A stretch of 64,000 bases of DNA from Myxococcota bacterium. GTDB lineage: Bacteria; Myxococcota_A; Polyangia; Nannocystales; Nannocystaceae. The notes under the pieces were generated by a model. The model was not told where the DNA came from and made no database searches. It saw only the letters and a list, made by a program, of their open reading frames with translations. Positions 53,101 to 62,112 of this stretch are shown here, one piece after another. The translations under genes were made by a program, and so were the position numbers. The stretch lies in contig JBCCHT010000020.1 of the NCBI GenBank assembly GCA_039028615.1, forward strand, positions 64,001 through 128,000, written 5' to 3'. Position 1 is the first letter of the stretch. The number at the start of each line of letters is the position of its first letter.

Positions 53101-55323
53101 GAGCGCAAGCGGCGGGTGGTGTCACACGTCGACGCGGCCATCGCCTTCGGGCGCGAGCAGACCGAGAGCATCGCTGCCCGCCTCGCCGAGCGCAGCCACG
53201 AGCTGAGCCAGTCGCTGTGTCGCGACATCGAGCGCCTCGACATCGGCCATCTCGTCCGCGGCGAGCGCAAGCCGCCCAAGGCCAAGGCCGCCGCCGCTCG
53301 CTTCGCGGCGCTGCGGACCAGCGCGGACACCTGGCGCGACCACCAGGCGCTATTGCTGCACCGGGCCCAGCTCGGGGTGCAGGTGGCCGCGTTCCAGCAT
53401 CGCTTCTCCGTGCTGGCCCTGCGGGCGCGCAACGACATCGTCCAGGAAATCCGCGGCTCGGTGCTCGGGGACGGCAACGCCCTGCTCGAGACGCTCAAGA
53501 ACTTCGCCGAGCAGGCCCAAGAGGGCGCCCCCAAGCCGCCTTCGGAGCGCGACCTCAAGGCTCGCTTCGACGGGCATGCCGTGCTGGAGACCATCGCCCG
53601 CGACGTGGACGAGCACGTCAAGGAGCTGCCCGAGACGATCACGACCCTGGGCGACGAGTCCATCGCTGCGCTCGAGAGCGGGGTGATGGCCGACCCCGAA
53701 GAGGTCACCGTCTCCGTCCGACCGCTCATCAAGGTGCTCATCGAGACCGAGTTCTTCGAGGTCATCAACCACGAGATCTCCGGCATCCCGCTGCAGGAGC
53801 AACGCACGGTGGGCGTGGCCCGGGACGTGATGCGGCTGTTGTCCTTCACCCTGGGCGACCTCGATGCCGCGGGCGGGTGGGACCACGCGGGGCTCCGCAA
53901 GCAGGTGCTGGGGGTCGTGCGCGAGGGCACCCATCGGCTCGAGGCCGAGCTCAAGGTCCTGCAGGCCACGCTCGACACCTTTGCCGACCAAGTGGGGCAG
54001 CAGCTCGAGACCCTGCGCGAAGAGACGGCCCCCTTCACCCTCACCAGCCGCTCCGATCGCCTCGCCCACTACATCCGCAGCCGCGGCAGCCAGCGCGCCG
54101 TGTCGCGGATCCGCGAGCTCGGCCAGCGCATCGCCGACCGCACCCGGGCCACCTTCGTCGCCCTGCTCTATCGCAGCAGCGCGGGGGTGCTCTTCGCTCG
54201 CAAGCTGCGGCGAGGCCAGGACGACGAGCAGACCGCGGTCGATCAGATCACCACCACCGCCCACGCGCTGACGCCTCGGCGCGACCTGATGCGCTCGCTG
54301 CCCTTCTACTACCGCCAGCTCTTCTCCGGGCAGGCCACCATCGGCGAGACCTTCTGGGTGGGACGCAAGGCGGAGCTCGACCGGGCGCGGGCCGCCATCA
54401 AGCGGCACGACCAGGGCGGCGCGGGGGCGCTGTTCGTGGTCGGCGAGATCGGCTCCGGGAAGACCGCCCTGTGCCAAGCGATCGTCAGCAAGCACCTGGC
54501 GCGTCGCACCGTGTATCGCATCACGCCTCCGCCCGGCGGCGCCATCGAGCTGGCCGCCTTCCGCCTGGCCATCGAGGGCGAGATCAAGGAGCGCGGCGAA
54601 CTCGATGCCCTGATCGCCGAGGTCCCCGACGGCAGCGTGTTCGTGTTCGACGACCTCGAGCTGTGGTGGGAGCGCAGCGACGCGGGGATGATCGTGCTGG
54701 AGCGCTTCATCGCGCTGCTGCGCGCCCACGGCCGCCGCTGCCTGTTCATCGCCAACCTCAACACCCACGCCTGGCGGGTGCTCAACCGCTCGGCCCGGCT
54801 GGCCGAGCACGCCCTGTCGGTCGTCGAGTGCGAGCCCTTGCCCGCCGAGGACCTCAAGTCGATCATCTCGCTGAGGCACGGCTCGACCGGGGTGCACTTC
54901 GAGCTCGACGGCACCCCGGAGGACGAGCTCGCCCCCTGGCGACAGGCGCGGCTATTCACCCGCTACTTCGACTTCTCCCACGGCCTGGTCGCGGTCGCGC
55001 TGCGGGCCTGGCTGTCGCATATCGACAAGATCGACGGCTCCACGCTGCAGGTTCGCTGGCCCAAGCGCCCGCGTGCCGATGCGATCGCCGACCTCCGCGT
55101 CGAGCTGCGGGCCCTGCTGGTGCAGCTCATCGTCCACAAGCAGCTCAACCTCCGCCGCCTGCGACGACTCTCCGCCATCGATCCTCCCACCCTCGAGGCG
55201 GACCTCGGCGCCCTCGTCCGCATGGGCCTCGTGCGCCGTGACGAACGCAGCGTCATGCACGTCGACCGCTTCATCGCCCACCTCGTCACCGACCGCCTGC
55301 GGGCGCAGGGGATGCTGGCATGA
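50179..55323 (+). CDS. Cation-chloride cotransporter (SLC12/APC permease) fused to a helical region and a P-loop NTPase with wHTH-like end
   Basis: KFGTFGGVFTPSILTILGVIMYLR; GGPYYIVSRSLG; FFPAVTGFTAG; NWRPNVL; FWVGRKAEL; GEIGSGKT; VFVFDDLE. Conserved sequence begins upstream of ATG 50254; start is CTG 50179 or a frameshifted TTG 50175. Confidence 0.88.
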   Translation: MSKDGKFGTFGGVFTPSILTILGVIMYLRLPWVIGNAGLWMGLGIIVVAHVISITTGLSISSIATDKNVGAGGPYYIVSRSLGLPIGGTLGLALFVGLSFSISLYVIGFCESMLSLTGFEVSPGNLRIAGTITIVAVTVVTFISTAFAIKTQYLILGAIGLSLLSIAFGFLGSNPAPVPATPQFDVAPNAPSMGELFGVFFPAVTGFTAGVNMSGDLKDPKRGIPVGTLAAIGVGMVVYLALAVFLAYRVDASALRDQTDVLTQIAAVPAAVTAGIWGATLSSALGSILGAPRILQALSVDRITPRFFAKGTGKTNEPRNALLLAFVIGEGGILIAELDVIARVVSMVFLATYGFLNISSAIESWASPDFRPDFRIPRLVSVIGAVTCAVVMIQLDFAAMAAATAILTALFLLLKRRQLTLDAGDTWEGIWSSIVRAGLHRLNQSGRGQRRNWRPNVLTFSYAGDSSRPQLLELSRALITGNGLLTDFELLDPTRGHSGDTDDDDDDTSPVGVFRRRTPCRDYYETVSAACRHHGFTGIDPNAVMLDWDVDRSQPARLLALLRNTAEQDLNLLALHYDEERGWGQRRRVDIWWRPQQGNVALSLSLMRFLTRFEEWRATQLRFVLVSEDTSFSDDLLHAMRGVLAEARVEAKVKVVASPSQAQGFEAMVRQESSDADLVVMGLPRTRDLDEERIASIDEMLSGLGTTLLLQGSSLFEEVLPVGGRTGLVEAIERAQSSATELRPLHLPKMAELEEPASNFASRLGKLTDELYRLGLAPVLGRQESLLSDVKQLVVRQFEIVRKGVDEADPARARKPAGRAQGGFLFQARKLIDTFEEEELPAQAKALHDRLGTFISGLSRLGRDVPKTIRVRMMPDELAAKPEDEGYLRRFKWRRRWASRLLRSTTYEAPIGVLQAWYIDEGAAELLEQTLRGVESCSHRVTVQLGKILNEAATELGAVLSAIDRRDIDADGIEERKRRVVSHVDAAIAFGREQTESIAARLAERSHELSQSLCRDIERLDIGHLVRGERKPPKAKAAAARFAALRTSADTWRDHQALLLHRAQLGVQVAAFQHRFSVLALRARNDIVQEIRGSVLGDGNALLETLKNFAEQAQEGAPKPPSERDLKARFDGHAVLETIARDVDEHVKELPETITTLGDESIAALESGVMADPEEVTVSVRPLIKVLIETEFFEVINHEISGIPLQEQRTVGVARDVMRLLSFTLGDLDAAGGWDHAGLRKQVLGVVREGTHRLEAELKVLQATLDTFADQVGQQLETLREETAPFTLTSRSDRLAHYIRSRGSQRAVSRIRELGQRIADRTRATFVALLYRSSAGVLFARKLRRGQDDEQTAVDQITTTAHALTPRRDLMRSLPFYYRQLFSGQATIGETFWVGRKAELDRARAAIKRHDQGGAGALFVVGEIGSGKTALCQAIVSKHLARRTVYRITPPPGGAIELAAFRLAIEGEIKERGELDALIAEVPDGSVFVFDDLELWWERSDAGMIVLERFIALLRAHGRRCLFIANLNTHAWRVLNRSARLAEHALSVVECEPLPAEDLKSIISLRHGSTGVHFELDGTPEDELAPWRQARLFTRYFDFSHGLVAVALRAWLSHIDKIDGSTLQVRWPKRPRADAIADLRVELRALLVQLIVHKQLNLRRLRRLSAIDPPTLEADLGALVRMGLVRRDERSVMHVDRFIAHLVTDRLRAQGMLA

Positions 55324-56099
55324 CCGCGCTGCTCGAAGCCGTGGGCCACCTCGCGCTGCTCCTGCTCGGCGGCGTCGCGCTCGTGTGGCTGTTGCGATCG
55401 CTCGGGGCCCTGGCGCGCATCAGCCCGCTGCCGTGGCGGATCAAGACCGCCCTCTTGCGCCTGGCTCCCGCCGCCGAGCTGATCCTCGCCGTCGCGTACG
55501 TCGCCTCCAGCCTCGCCTTCTTGCTCAACAACGACCGCGAGTTCGGCTGGATGGTCGCGGCCTTGGTGCTCGCGCTCGTGCTGTTTTCGTGGTCGGCCCT
55601 GTACGACCTCGTCTGTGGCGTCGCCTTCCGAGTCGCGCTGGTGTGCCGCCCCGGCGACCTCGTGCAGGTCGAGGACGTCGAGGGCCGCGTGATGGTGGTC
55701 GGGGCCCGGGCCCTGGTCCTTCAGACCCGCCAAGGAGACGAAGCGGTCGTGCCCTACGGGTGGATCGCCCGCCGAACCCTGCGACGCACGCAGTCGGTCA
55801 GCGGTGCCTACGTCCACGCCTTCGAGCTCGACCAAGAAGCGGGCGCGGGTTTCGCCGACCTCAAGCGCACCGTCATCGAAGCCGCGATGCGCAGCCACTG
55901 GTCGTCGGTGGTGCACGAGCCCAAGGTCGAGCGACGCGGCGGGACGAAGATCGAGGTCACCGTCTACGCCCACGATGCCGACCACGCTCCGCTGGTCGAA
56001 GCCGCGGTGCGGAAGGTGCTGGTGGGGCGTGAGGCCGCCCAGGTGTTCGACGGCGCACCGCCGCCTCGAACGCCGACATTTCGTCGTCCGCTCGGTTGA
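55320..56099 (+). CDS. MscS-family mechanosensitive channel domain protein
   Basis: ATGA coupling; three TMs; DLVCGV...RPGDLVQVEDVEGRV...LQTRQGDEAVVPY. Confidence 0.8.
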   Translation: MTALLEAVGHLALLLLGGVALVWLLRSLGALARISPLPWRIKTALLRLAPAAELILAVAYVASSLAFLLNNDREFGWMVAALVLALVLFSWSALYDLVCGVAFRVALVCRPGDLVQVEDVEGRVMVVGARALVLQTRQGDEAVVPYGWIARRTLRRTQSVSGAYVHAFELDQEAGAGFADLKRTVIEAAMRSHWSSVVHEPKVERRGGTKIEVTVYAHDADHAPLVEAAVRKVLVGREAAQVFDGAPPPRTPTFRRPLG

Positions 56100-56210
56100 G
56101 CGTGGCTCGACCCAGACCAGACCCGCGGCAACGTTGTGAAAGCGTCGTTCCGCGAGTCACGGCGGATTGGGACAGTGAGATCCGCACGATGTGGTGTCTG
56201 ATTCCATACG

Positions 56211-59200
56211 ATGGCATCCGAAGAGACCACGCAGGTCCTGGCTGGGTCCGGGCCACAGACACCGCCGTCGCCGAGCCCGCCCACGACCAAGGCCTCCGTC
56301 GCCGGGGGTGATTCGGCCTCATCGTACGGGCAGGACACCCTGGAGCGGATCGAGGCCCGCGTCCGTCAGCGCTTGCTCTCCGCCGGGTCGGCCTCCACTC
56401 GCATCGGGCGCTATCGCCTGCTCGAGCCCATCGGTCGCGGGGGCATGGGGGCCGTGTACACGGCCTACGACGAGCAGCTCGACCGCAAGGTCGCGCTCAA
56501 GACCCTGCTCCCCGAGCAGCTGCCCAGCGAGCGGATCCGGCTCCGTTTTCTCCGCGAGGCCCAGGCTCAAGCCCGCCTGTCTCATCCCAACGTCGTCACC
56601 GTGCACGAGGTCGGTGAGAGCAACGACGAGGTCTTCCTCGCCATGGAGTACGTGCACGGTCAGAGCGTGCGCGAGTGGCTCAAGTCCGAGCCCGCATGGA
56701 CGGAGGTGCTGGACGTGTTCGTCCGCGCGGGCCGAGGGGTCATGGCCGCCCACGATGCGGGGTTGATCCACCGCGACCTCAAGCCCGCCAACATCATGCG
56801 CAACGACGATGGCGTGGTGAAGGTGCTCGACTTCGGCCTCGCGCGGCTGGCCGAGTATGAAGACGAGTCGACCGAGGGGGCCCTGCCCGTCTCCGCGAGT
56901 TCCTCGCTTTCGTCGAACCTGACGCAATCCAACGTGATCATGGGGACCCCGGCCTATATGGCCCCCGAGCAGCTGGAAGGCCGCCCCCTCGACCCCCGCA
57001 GCGATCAGTACAGCTTCTGCGTCGCGCTGTGGGAGGGCCTGACCGGCACGCGCCCCTTCGGTGGAGAGGACGTCGACGGCCAGCTGAAGGCTCGTCTCGA
57101 TGGTCCCCCCGCGTGGCCGAGCGATGCCCCGCCCGTTCCCCGAGCCATCACCGACGCGCTGCGAAAGGGGCTCGCCGTCGATGCGGACGCGCGCTGGCCC
57201 TCGATGGCGCACCTGCTCACCGTGCTCGATCGAGACTCGGCTCGGGGCGGCCGCAAGTGGGTGGCCGGCTTCGGCGTGGCCACCGTGGCCGTCATCGTGG
57301 GCGCGGGGGTCAACCAGTGGGCCCAAGATCGAGCCGAGCGCTGTGCCGGAGCCACGACCAAGCTCGCCGCCGTGTGGGACGACGCGAACCGAACCCGAGT
57401 GCAGACCGCCGTCGCGAACGTGGACCGCCCCTACGCCGCCTCGGTGTGGACACGGACCGAAGCCGCGCTGGACGACTACGCCGACGCCTGGTCCGGGATG
57501 CATACCGAGGCCTGTGAAGCCACCACCGTCCGACGCGAGCAGTCGGGTCATGCCATGGATCTGCGCATCGCCTGCCTCGATCGGAGCCTGGTGGAGTTCG
57601 GGGCGGTGGTCGAGACGCTGGCCGACGCCGACACCAAGGTCGTCGACCGGGCGCACGTGCTGATGACCGAGCTGCCCGAGCTGTCTCGCTGCGCCGACAT
57701 CGAGGCCCTCGAGGCCGACGTCGCGCCCCCGGCCGACGCCGACGCACAGACGGTCGAGCGCGCTCGACAGCGCGTCGCCCGGGCTCGTAGCGAGCGCCTT
57801 GCAGGCCGCTTCAAGAATGCCCGGGTCGCCATCGAAGAAGCCGAGCAGCTGCTGACCGACGTCGACTACGGCCCGGCCAGCAGCGAGCGCGCTCTCGAGC
57901 AGGGGCACATCCTCACCGGGCTGGGCGAGTACGAGGCCGCGGTGGGTGCCCTCACCCAGAGCGTCACTCTGGCGTCCGAGTCACGGCAGTGGGACGTCCT
58001 GAGGCGAGCGTTGGCCAAGCGCATGTACGTCATCGGTGTGCGCCGACAGCAGCCCGAGGTCGCCCTCCACGACTGGCCCCTCGTGCTCGCCCTGGCGAAG
58101 CACGACCCCGTAGCGGAAAACCAGGCGCGCTCGAAGCACTCCTCCATCCTGCGCGTCCAGGAGAAGTACAAAGAAGCGGAAACGGAGCTACGCACGGTGT
58201 TGGCCTCGCGGCAGCAACTGCCGGGCACGTCACCGCTGTCGCTCGCCGATGCTCATCGGGGCCTCGGCGCGGTCCTGCAGATGCAAGGGCGCTCCGAGGA
58301 AGCCGAGGTCGAGCTACGCGCTGCGCTGGAGCTGTCGTTGCAGAGCGTCGACGCCGATCACCTCACCGTCGCCACCGCCCGCAACAACCTCGGCAACGTG
58401 CTCGCGGCGCAGGGGAAGCTCGAGGACGCCCTGTCCGAGTATCGCCAGGCCATCGAATCGGAGCTGCGCTCGCTGGGCTCCGACAGCCCGCGGCCGGCCC
58501 TGGCCCGGGTCAACATGGCCAACGCGCTGGTCGAGATGAAGCGCTACGACGAGGCGGAGACCGAGCTGAACACGGCCCTGGCGGTGCTGGAGAAGACCAT
58601 GGGGGCCGACCATCCCGCCGTCGCGGACGTGTGGCGTTTCTTGGCGCGACTGCTGACCGAGCAGGGTCGATTCGAAGAAGCCACCGTGCACGCCCGGGCC
58701 GCCGTCGAGGGCACACTGAAGAGGGTCGGCCCCGGCCATCCCGCCGTGGCCACCGCCCGCACCGATCTCGGCACCGTCCTGCGTGCGCAGGGCCGCACGG
58801 CCGAGGCCGAGCAGGAGCTTCGGGCCGCGCTGAAGGGCAAGCTCGAGGCCCTTGGCCCCGACCATCCCACCACCGGGCTGACGCGTACCGAGCTCGTCTT
58901 GGTGCTGATGCAGCAAGAAAAGTACGCCGAGGTGGCCACGGAATCGGCGGTCACGCTCGAGCACTTCGACGATCACACCGACCCGGACATGCGCCTGAGC
59001 GTCCAGGTCGTCCGCACCGAGAGCCTGCTTCTGCTCGGGCGTCACCAAGACGCGCTGACCTTGGCGTGGAAGAACTGGGACGAACGGAACGACGACGAGC
59101 CTCCCGTTGCCCTGGGCGACAAGGCATTCTTGCTCGCGCTGGTGACCTGGACCATCGACGGTCCCGGGCGCGACCGGGAGCAGGCCGAGAGCTCGGCCGA

Positions 59201-59330
59201 GCGGGCGCGGGAGTACTACCGAAGCGCAGGCGACTCGGCGGCGGGCCGCTTGCGCCGCGTAGAACAATGGCTCACGGCGCCACACGACCTGCGCAGCCCG
59301 ATCTTGAGCCTCGAGGCGGTCGGGCTCTAG
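56211..59330 (+). CDS. Ser/Thr protein kinase with TM and TPR repeats
   Basis: IGRGGMGAVY; VALK; HRDLKPANI; DFG; GTPAYMAPE; TM; kinesin-light-chain-type GxDHP TPRs. Confidence 0.95.
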   Translation: MASEETTQVLAGSGPQTPPSPSPPTTKASVAGGDSASSYGQDTLERIEARVRQRLLSAGSASTRIGRYRLLEPIGRGGMGAVYTAYDEQLDRKVALKTLLPEQLPSERIRLRFLREAQAQARLSHPNVVTVHEVGESNDEVFLAMEYVHGQSVREWLKSEPAWTEVLDVFVRAGRGVMAAHDAGLIHRDLKPANIMRNDDGVVKVLDFGLARLAEYEDESTEGALPVSASSSLSSNLTQSNVIMGTPAYMAPEQLEGRPLDPRSDQYSFCVALWEGLTGTRPFGGEDVDGQLKARLDGPPAWPSDAPPVPRAITDALRKGLAVDADARWPSMAHLLTVLDRDSARGGRKWVAGFGVATVAVIVGAGVNQWAQDRAERCAGATTKLAAVWDDANRTRVQTAVANVDRPYAASVWTRTEAALDDYADAWSGMHTEACEATTVRREQSGHAMDLRIACLDRSLVEFGAVVETLADADTKVVDRAHVLMTELPELSRCADIEALEADVAPPADADAQTVERARQRVARARSERLAGRFKNARVAIEEAEQLLTDVDYGPASSERALEQGHILTGLGEYEAAVGALTQSVTLASESRQWDVLRRALAKRMYVIGVRRQQPEVALHDWPLVLALAKHDPVAENQARSKHSSILRVQEKYKEAETELRTVLASRQQLPGTSPLSLADAHRGLGAVLQMQGRSEEAEVELRAALELSLQSVDADHLTVATARNNLGNVLAAQGKLEDALSEYRQAIESELRSLGSDSPRPALARVNMANALVEMKRYDEAETELNTALAVLEKTMGADHPAVADVWRFLARLLTEQGRFEEATVHARAAVEGTLKRVGPGHPAVATARTDLGTVLRAQGRTAEAEQELRAALKGKLEALGPDHPTTGLTRTELVLVLMQQEKYAEVATESAVTLEHFDDHTDPDMRLSVQVVRTESLLLLGRHQDALTLAWKNWDERNDDEPPVALGDKAFLLALVTWTIDGPGRDREQAESSAERAREYYRSAGDSAAGRLRRVEQWLTAPHDLRSPILSLEAVGL

Positions 59331-59526
59331 GTTCCCCCGACGCTGTACACGGAGCGAAGTGGCTGGTCCCGCGGACGATCGCCGGTCCGTCTGTCCGCGA
59401 TCCCGGACACCCCAAAACGAGCCCGCCCGGCGCCCCTGAGGGCTGAGTCGCCGAGGTCATTGCACATTTCCCCCGCGGGCATGGTCGGCCCCGCGACGGT
59501 ACGGCGGTTGCTTTGGGATCCGCCCG

Positions 59527-60084
59527 ATGGATGCCAGTGCAGACCTACGGTCGGACGAACAACTCGTCGACGCGTGGCACGCAGGAGAGCGGAGCGCCAC
59601 CGGGGAACTCATCGCGCGCTACAACGAACCGCTGCGTCGCTACTACCGACGTCGGCTGGGGCCGGGGCACTACGAGGACGAGCTTCAGCGGTCCTGGGTC
59701 GCGATCCTGCAGAGCCTCCCGCGGTTTCGCGGCCAGTCCTCGGTGCGAACCTTCGTCTACGCGATCGCCAACAACTGCGTGCGAGAGGCGTGGCGGAGGC
59801 GCAATCGCAGCCGCCGGGTCTTTGCCCCCATGAAGTCCCACCTCGATCCTCAGCCGAGTCCGCATGCCGTGCTCTCGGCCGACCGATCCCGGCAGGCGCT
59901 GCAGCGAGCGATGGACGAGCTGCCGGACTCCATGCAGCGGATGCTACGGCTGTACTACTGGGAGCACCGCACGGCGGGGGAAATCGGCACGATCTTCTCG
60001 ATCCCCGAAGACACGGCTCGCAGCCGGATTCGCCGCGCCAAGGGGCTGCTCCGCGATCGACTCCAGCCGCAGTTCGACGCCTGA
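59527..60084 (+). CDS. ECF RNA polymerase sigma factor (kinase-associated)
   Basis: SDEQLVDAWHAGE; FRGQSSVRTFVYAIANN; LYYWEHRTAGEIG...TARSRIRRAK. Confidence 0.9.
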   Translation: MDASADLRSDEQLVDAWHAGERSATGELIARYNEPLRRYYRRRLGPGHYEDELQRSWVAILQSLPRFRGQSSVRTFVYAIANNCVREAWRRRNRSRRVFAPMKSHLDPQPSPHAVLSADRSRQALQRAMDELPDSMQRMLRLYYWEHRTAGEIGTIFSIPEDTARSRIRRAKGLLRDRLQPQFDA

Positions 60085-60100
60085 GCCTGCCCCCCGCCGC

Positions 60101-60766
60101 TCACAGCGACAGCGTCAGGCCCACGCTCACCTCGGCGTGGTCGTCCCCCGTGAGCTTCCATCGGCGCATTTTCAATCGCAGGCAACGGATCATCGATTCC
60201 GATCCGCTCTCCGTCTTCACGTCGCGGATCTGCTCGCCGTCGAGGGTGAACGAGAAGTCGAAGCGCCCCTTCAGGTCGGGCTCCTTGTCGACGGCGGCGC
60301 GATAGCAGGCCACGAGCTGCCTGCGCTTGCCTTCGAGCAGCGCACGAGCGCTGGCGGAACCGCTCACGCTGGCGATCTCGACCTTGGGCTCGGGTCGGGG
60401 CTCCGTGGGCAGCGGGTCGACGGGGGGAGCTGCTCCGCCGAGCAGCGACTCCACCGCGGCCGGATCGACGCCCGCCTCGTCTCCCGCGCGGAGGGTGGGC
60501 ACGGGCTTCAGCAGCGGAGAATCGGCCGCCTTCGTCTCGGCCTTGGCCTCGGGCTTGATCTCGGCCTTCAGGTCGGCGTCGGCCTTCGCTTCCGCGACCG
60601 CGGCCGCCTTGGCGTCGAGTTCCTCCTTCGACATGGCATCCGCCTTGGCGTCGGACTTCGCGGCCGTCTTGGCCGGCTCGGGCTTGGCGGCCTCGCGATC
60701 ACACCCGAGCGCCAGCACGCACACCACCGCCACACTCGACCAACAACGTAGTACTGCGCTCGACAT
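60101..60766 (-). CDS. Lipoprotein with AgmX/PglI-like C-terminal domain
   Basis: Lipobox ALGC; QLVACYRAAVDKEPDLKGRF...CLRLKMRRW. Confidence 0.75.
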   Translation of the reverse strand: MSSAVLRCWSSVAVVCVLALGCDREAAKPEPAKTAAKSDAKADAMSKEELDAKAAAVAEAKADADLKAEIKPEAKAETKAADSPLLKPVPTLRAGDEAGVDPAAVESLLGGAAPPVDPLPTEPRPEPKVEIASVSGSASARALLEGKRRQLVACYRAAVDKEPDLKGRFDFSFTLDGEQIRDVKTESGSESMIRCLRLKMRRWKLTGDDHAEVSVGLTLSL

Positions 60767-60777
60767 CGACCCTTCTC

Positions 60778-62019
60778 CTATCGGCACTCGGTGCCCTTTT
60801 CGAGGCACTCCCCGAACTTGCAGCTACATCGCACGGTGGACCCGTCGGGCAGCCGCGTCTCCCACCCCTTGATGTAGCACTCGCCGAAGTTGCACGAGGT
60901 GCGCGCGGTCGAGCCATCGGGCAACCGCGTCTCCCACCCCTTGGTCGCACACTCGCCGAAGTTGCAGCTGGTGCGTGCCGTCTCGCCGCTGGGGAAGCGG
61001 GTCTCCCACCCCTTCTCCATGCAGCTGCCGAAGTTGCAGCTAGTGCGCGCCGTCTCGCCGCTGGGGAAGCGAGTCTCCCACCCCTTCTCGAGGCACTCTC
61101 CGAAATTGCAGGTCGCGCGGATCGTGCCCTCGTCGGTGCGGATCTCCCAGCCCTTGTGCATGCAGTCGCCGAACGAGCAGGAGCCGGCCGCGAACACGGC
61201 CGCCACGGTGTACTGGGCCATCTTGCGTGCTTCCTCCGCGGCGGCGAGGCGAGCCTCTTCGGCGGCACGCGCTTCCTCCTCGGCCCGGATACGCTCTTCC
61301 TCGGCCCGGATGCGCGCCTCTTCGGCCCGTCGATCCATCTCTTGGCGATGCGCGACCAGGTCCTTCTTGACGCCCTTCCACTCGAGCGCCGCGGTATTGC
61401 CCCCGGCCGCGGTGAGGCACGCTTCGATGAAGTCGGGCACTTCGTCGTCGGTGATCTCGGGGCGGATCTTCGGGCACAGGTCGACCACGATCACGCTGAC
61501 GGTCGGGTTCAGCCCCAGACCCAGCAAGAGCACGAAGGTCTGCTTGTCGGGGCGGGCCTCGAACGACTCGGCGTAGGCGGCGGCCGCCGCATCGCGGTCA
61601 CCCGTGAGCGCATGCACGCTGCCTTTGGCCAGGGCGAGGTCGGCGAGCGCATCGGGCTCGGCGGCGATGGCCTCGTCGATGTGGGTGAGCGTGGAGGTAC
61701 CGAGCCCGGCCCCGTCGATGGAACCGCGATCCACCGCGCCCGACGAGAACGCCTTTTCGGTGAGCCCCGCCAGCGACATTGCACGCTCGGCCGTGATCCC
61801 CTGCTCGTCGATCTCCGCCCACACCGCCTGGATCTCGGCCTGCAGCGCCTCGTCCTGCTCTCGCTGCTTGGCGGCTTGTTCGTCGTTGCGCAGCTTCTGC
61901 TCGGTCCGAGCCTTGGTGTCGTCGCCGCCCAGGAGCTTCCCGATGAAGCCGCACCCGCCGAGGCCCAGCAGCACGGCGAGAGACACTGAGGCAAAGTTCC
62001 TCGTTCGAAGCGTGACCAT
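60778..62019 (-). CDS. Lipoprotein with TPR-like region, coiled coil and C-terminal CxFGxCxxKGW repeats
   Basis: ATG 62019; lipobox LGGC; EEARIRAEEE coil; six Cys-pair repeats. The 5' part of ORF 60778..63948 is an antisense shadow. Confidence 0.8.
   Translation of the reverse strand: MVTLRTRNFASVSLAVLLGLGGCGFIGKLLGGDDTKARTEQKLRNDEQAAKQREQDEALQAEIQAVWAEIDEQGITAERAMSLAGLTEKAFSSGAVDRGSIDGAGLGTSTLTHIDEAIAAEPDALADLALAKGSVHALTGDRDAAAAAYAESFEARPDKQTFVLLLGLGLNPTVSVIVVDLCPKIRPEITDDEVPDFIEACLTAAGGNTAALEWKGVKKDLVAHRQEMDRRAEEARIRAEEERIRAEEEARAAEEARLAAAEEARKMAQYTVAAVFAAGSCSFGDCMHKGWEIRTDEGTIRATCNFGECLEKGWETRFPSGETARTSCNFGSCMEKGWETRFPSGETARTSCNFGECATKGWETRLPDGSTARTSCNFGECYIKGWETRLPDGSTVRCSCKFGECLEKGTECR
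60790..61180 (-). repeat. Coding 72-bp tandem repeat (six Cys-pair units)
   Basis: GTCTCCCACCCCTT recurs at 60857, 60929, 61001 and 61073. Confidence 0.9.
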
Positions 62020-62112
62020 GGTGCGACCAGTAGGCGTGAAGGCGGATGCAAGGTCAATCCCTACCTTGGTCCACCACCGCCGACCGGAAGAACTGGTGTA
62101 CCGTGTCCGGCG

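Noticed and set aside
60790..61180. 72-bp periodic repeat as CRISPR or a mobile element
   Set aside because: In-frame coding repeat without unique spacers.
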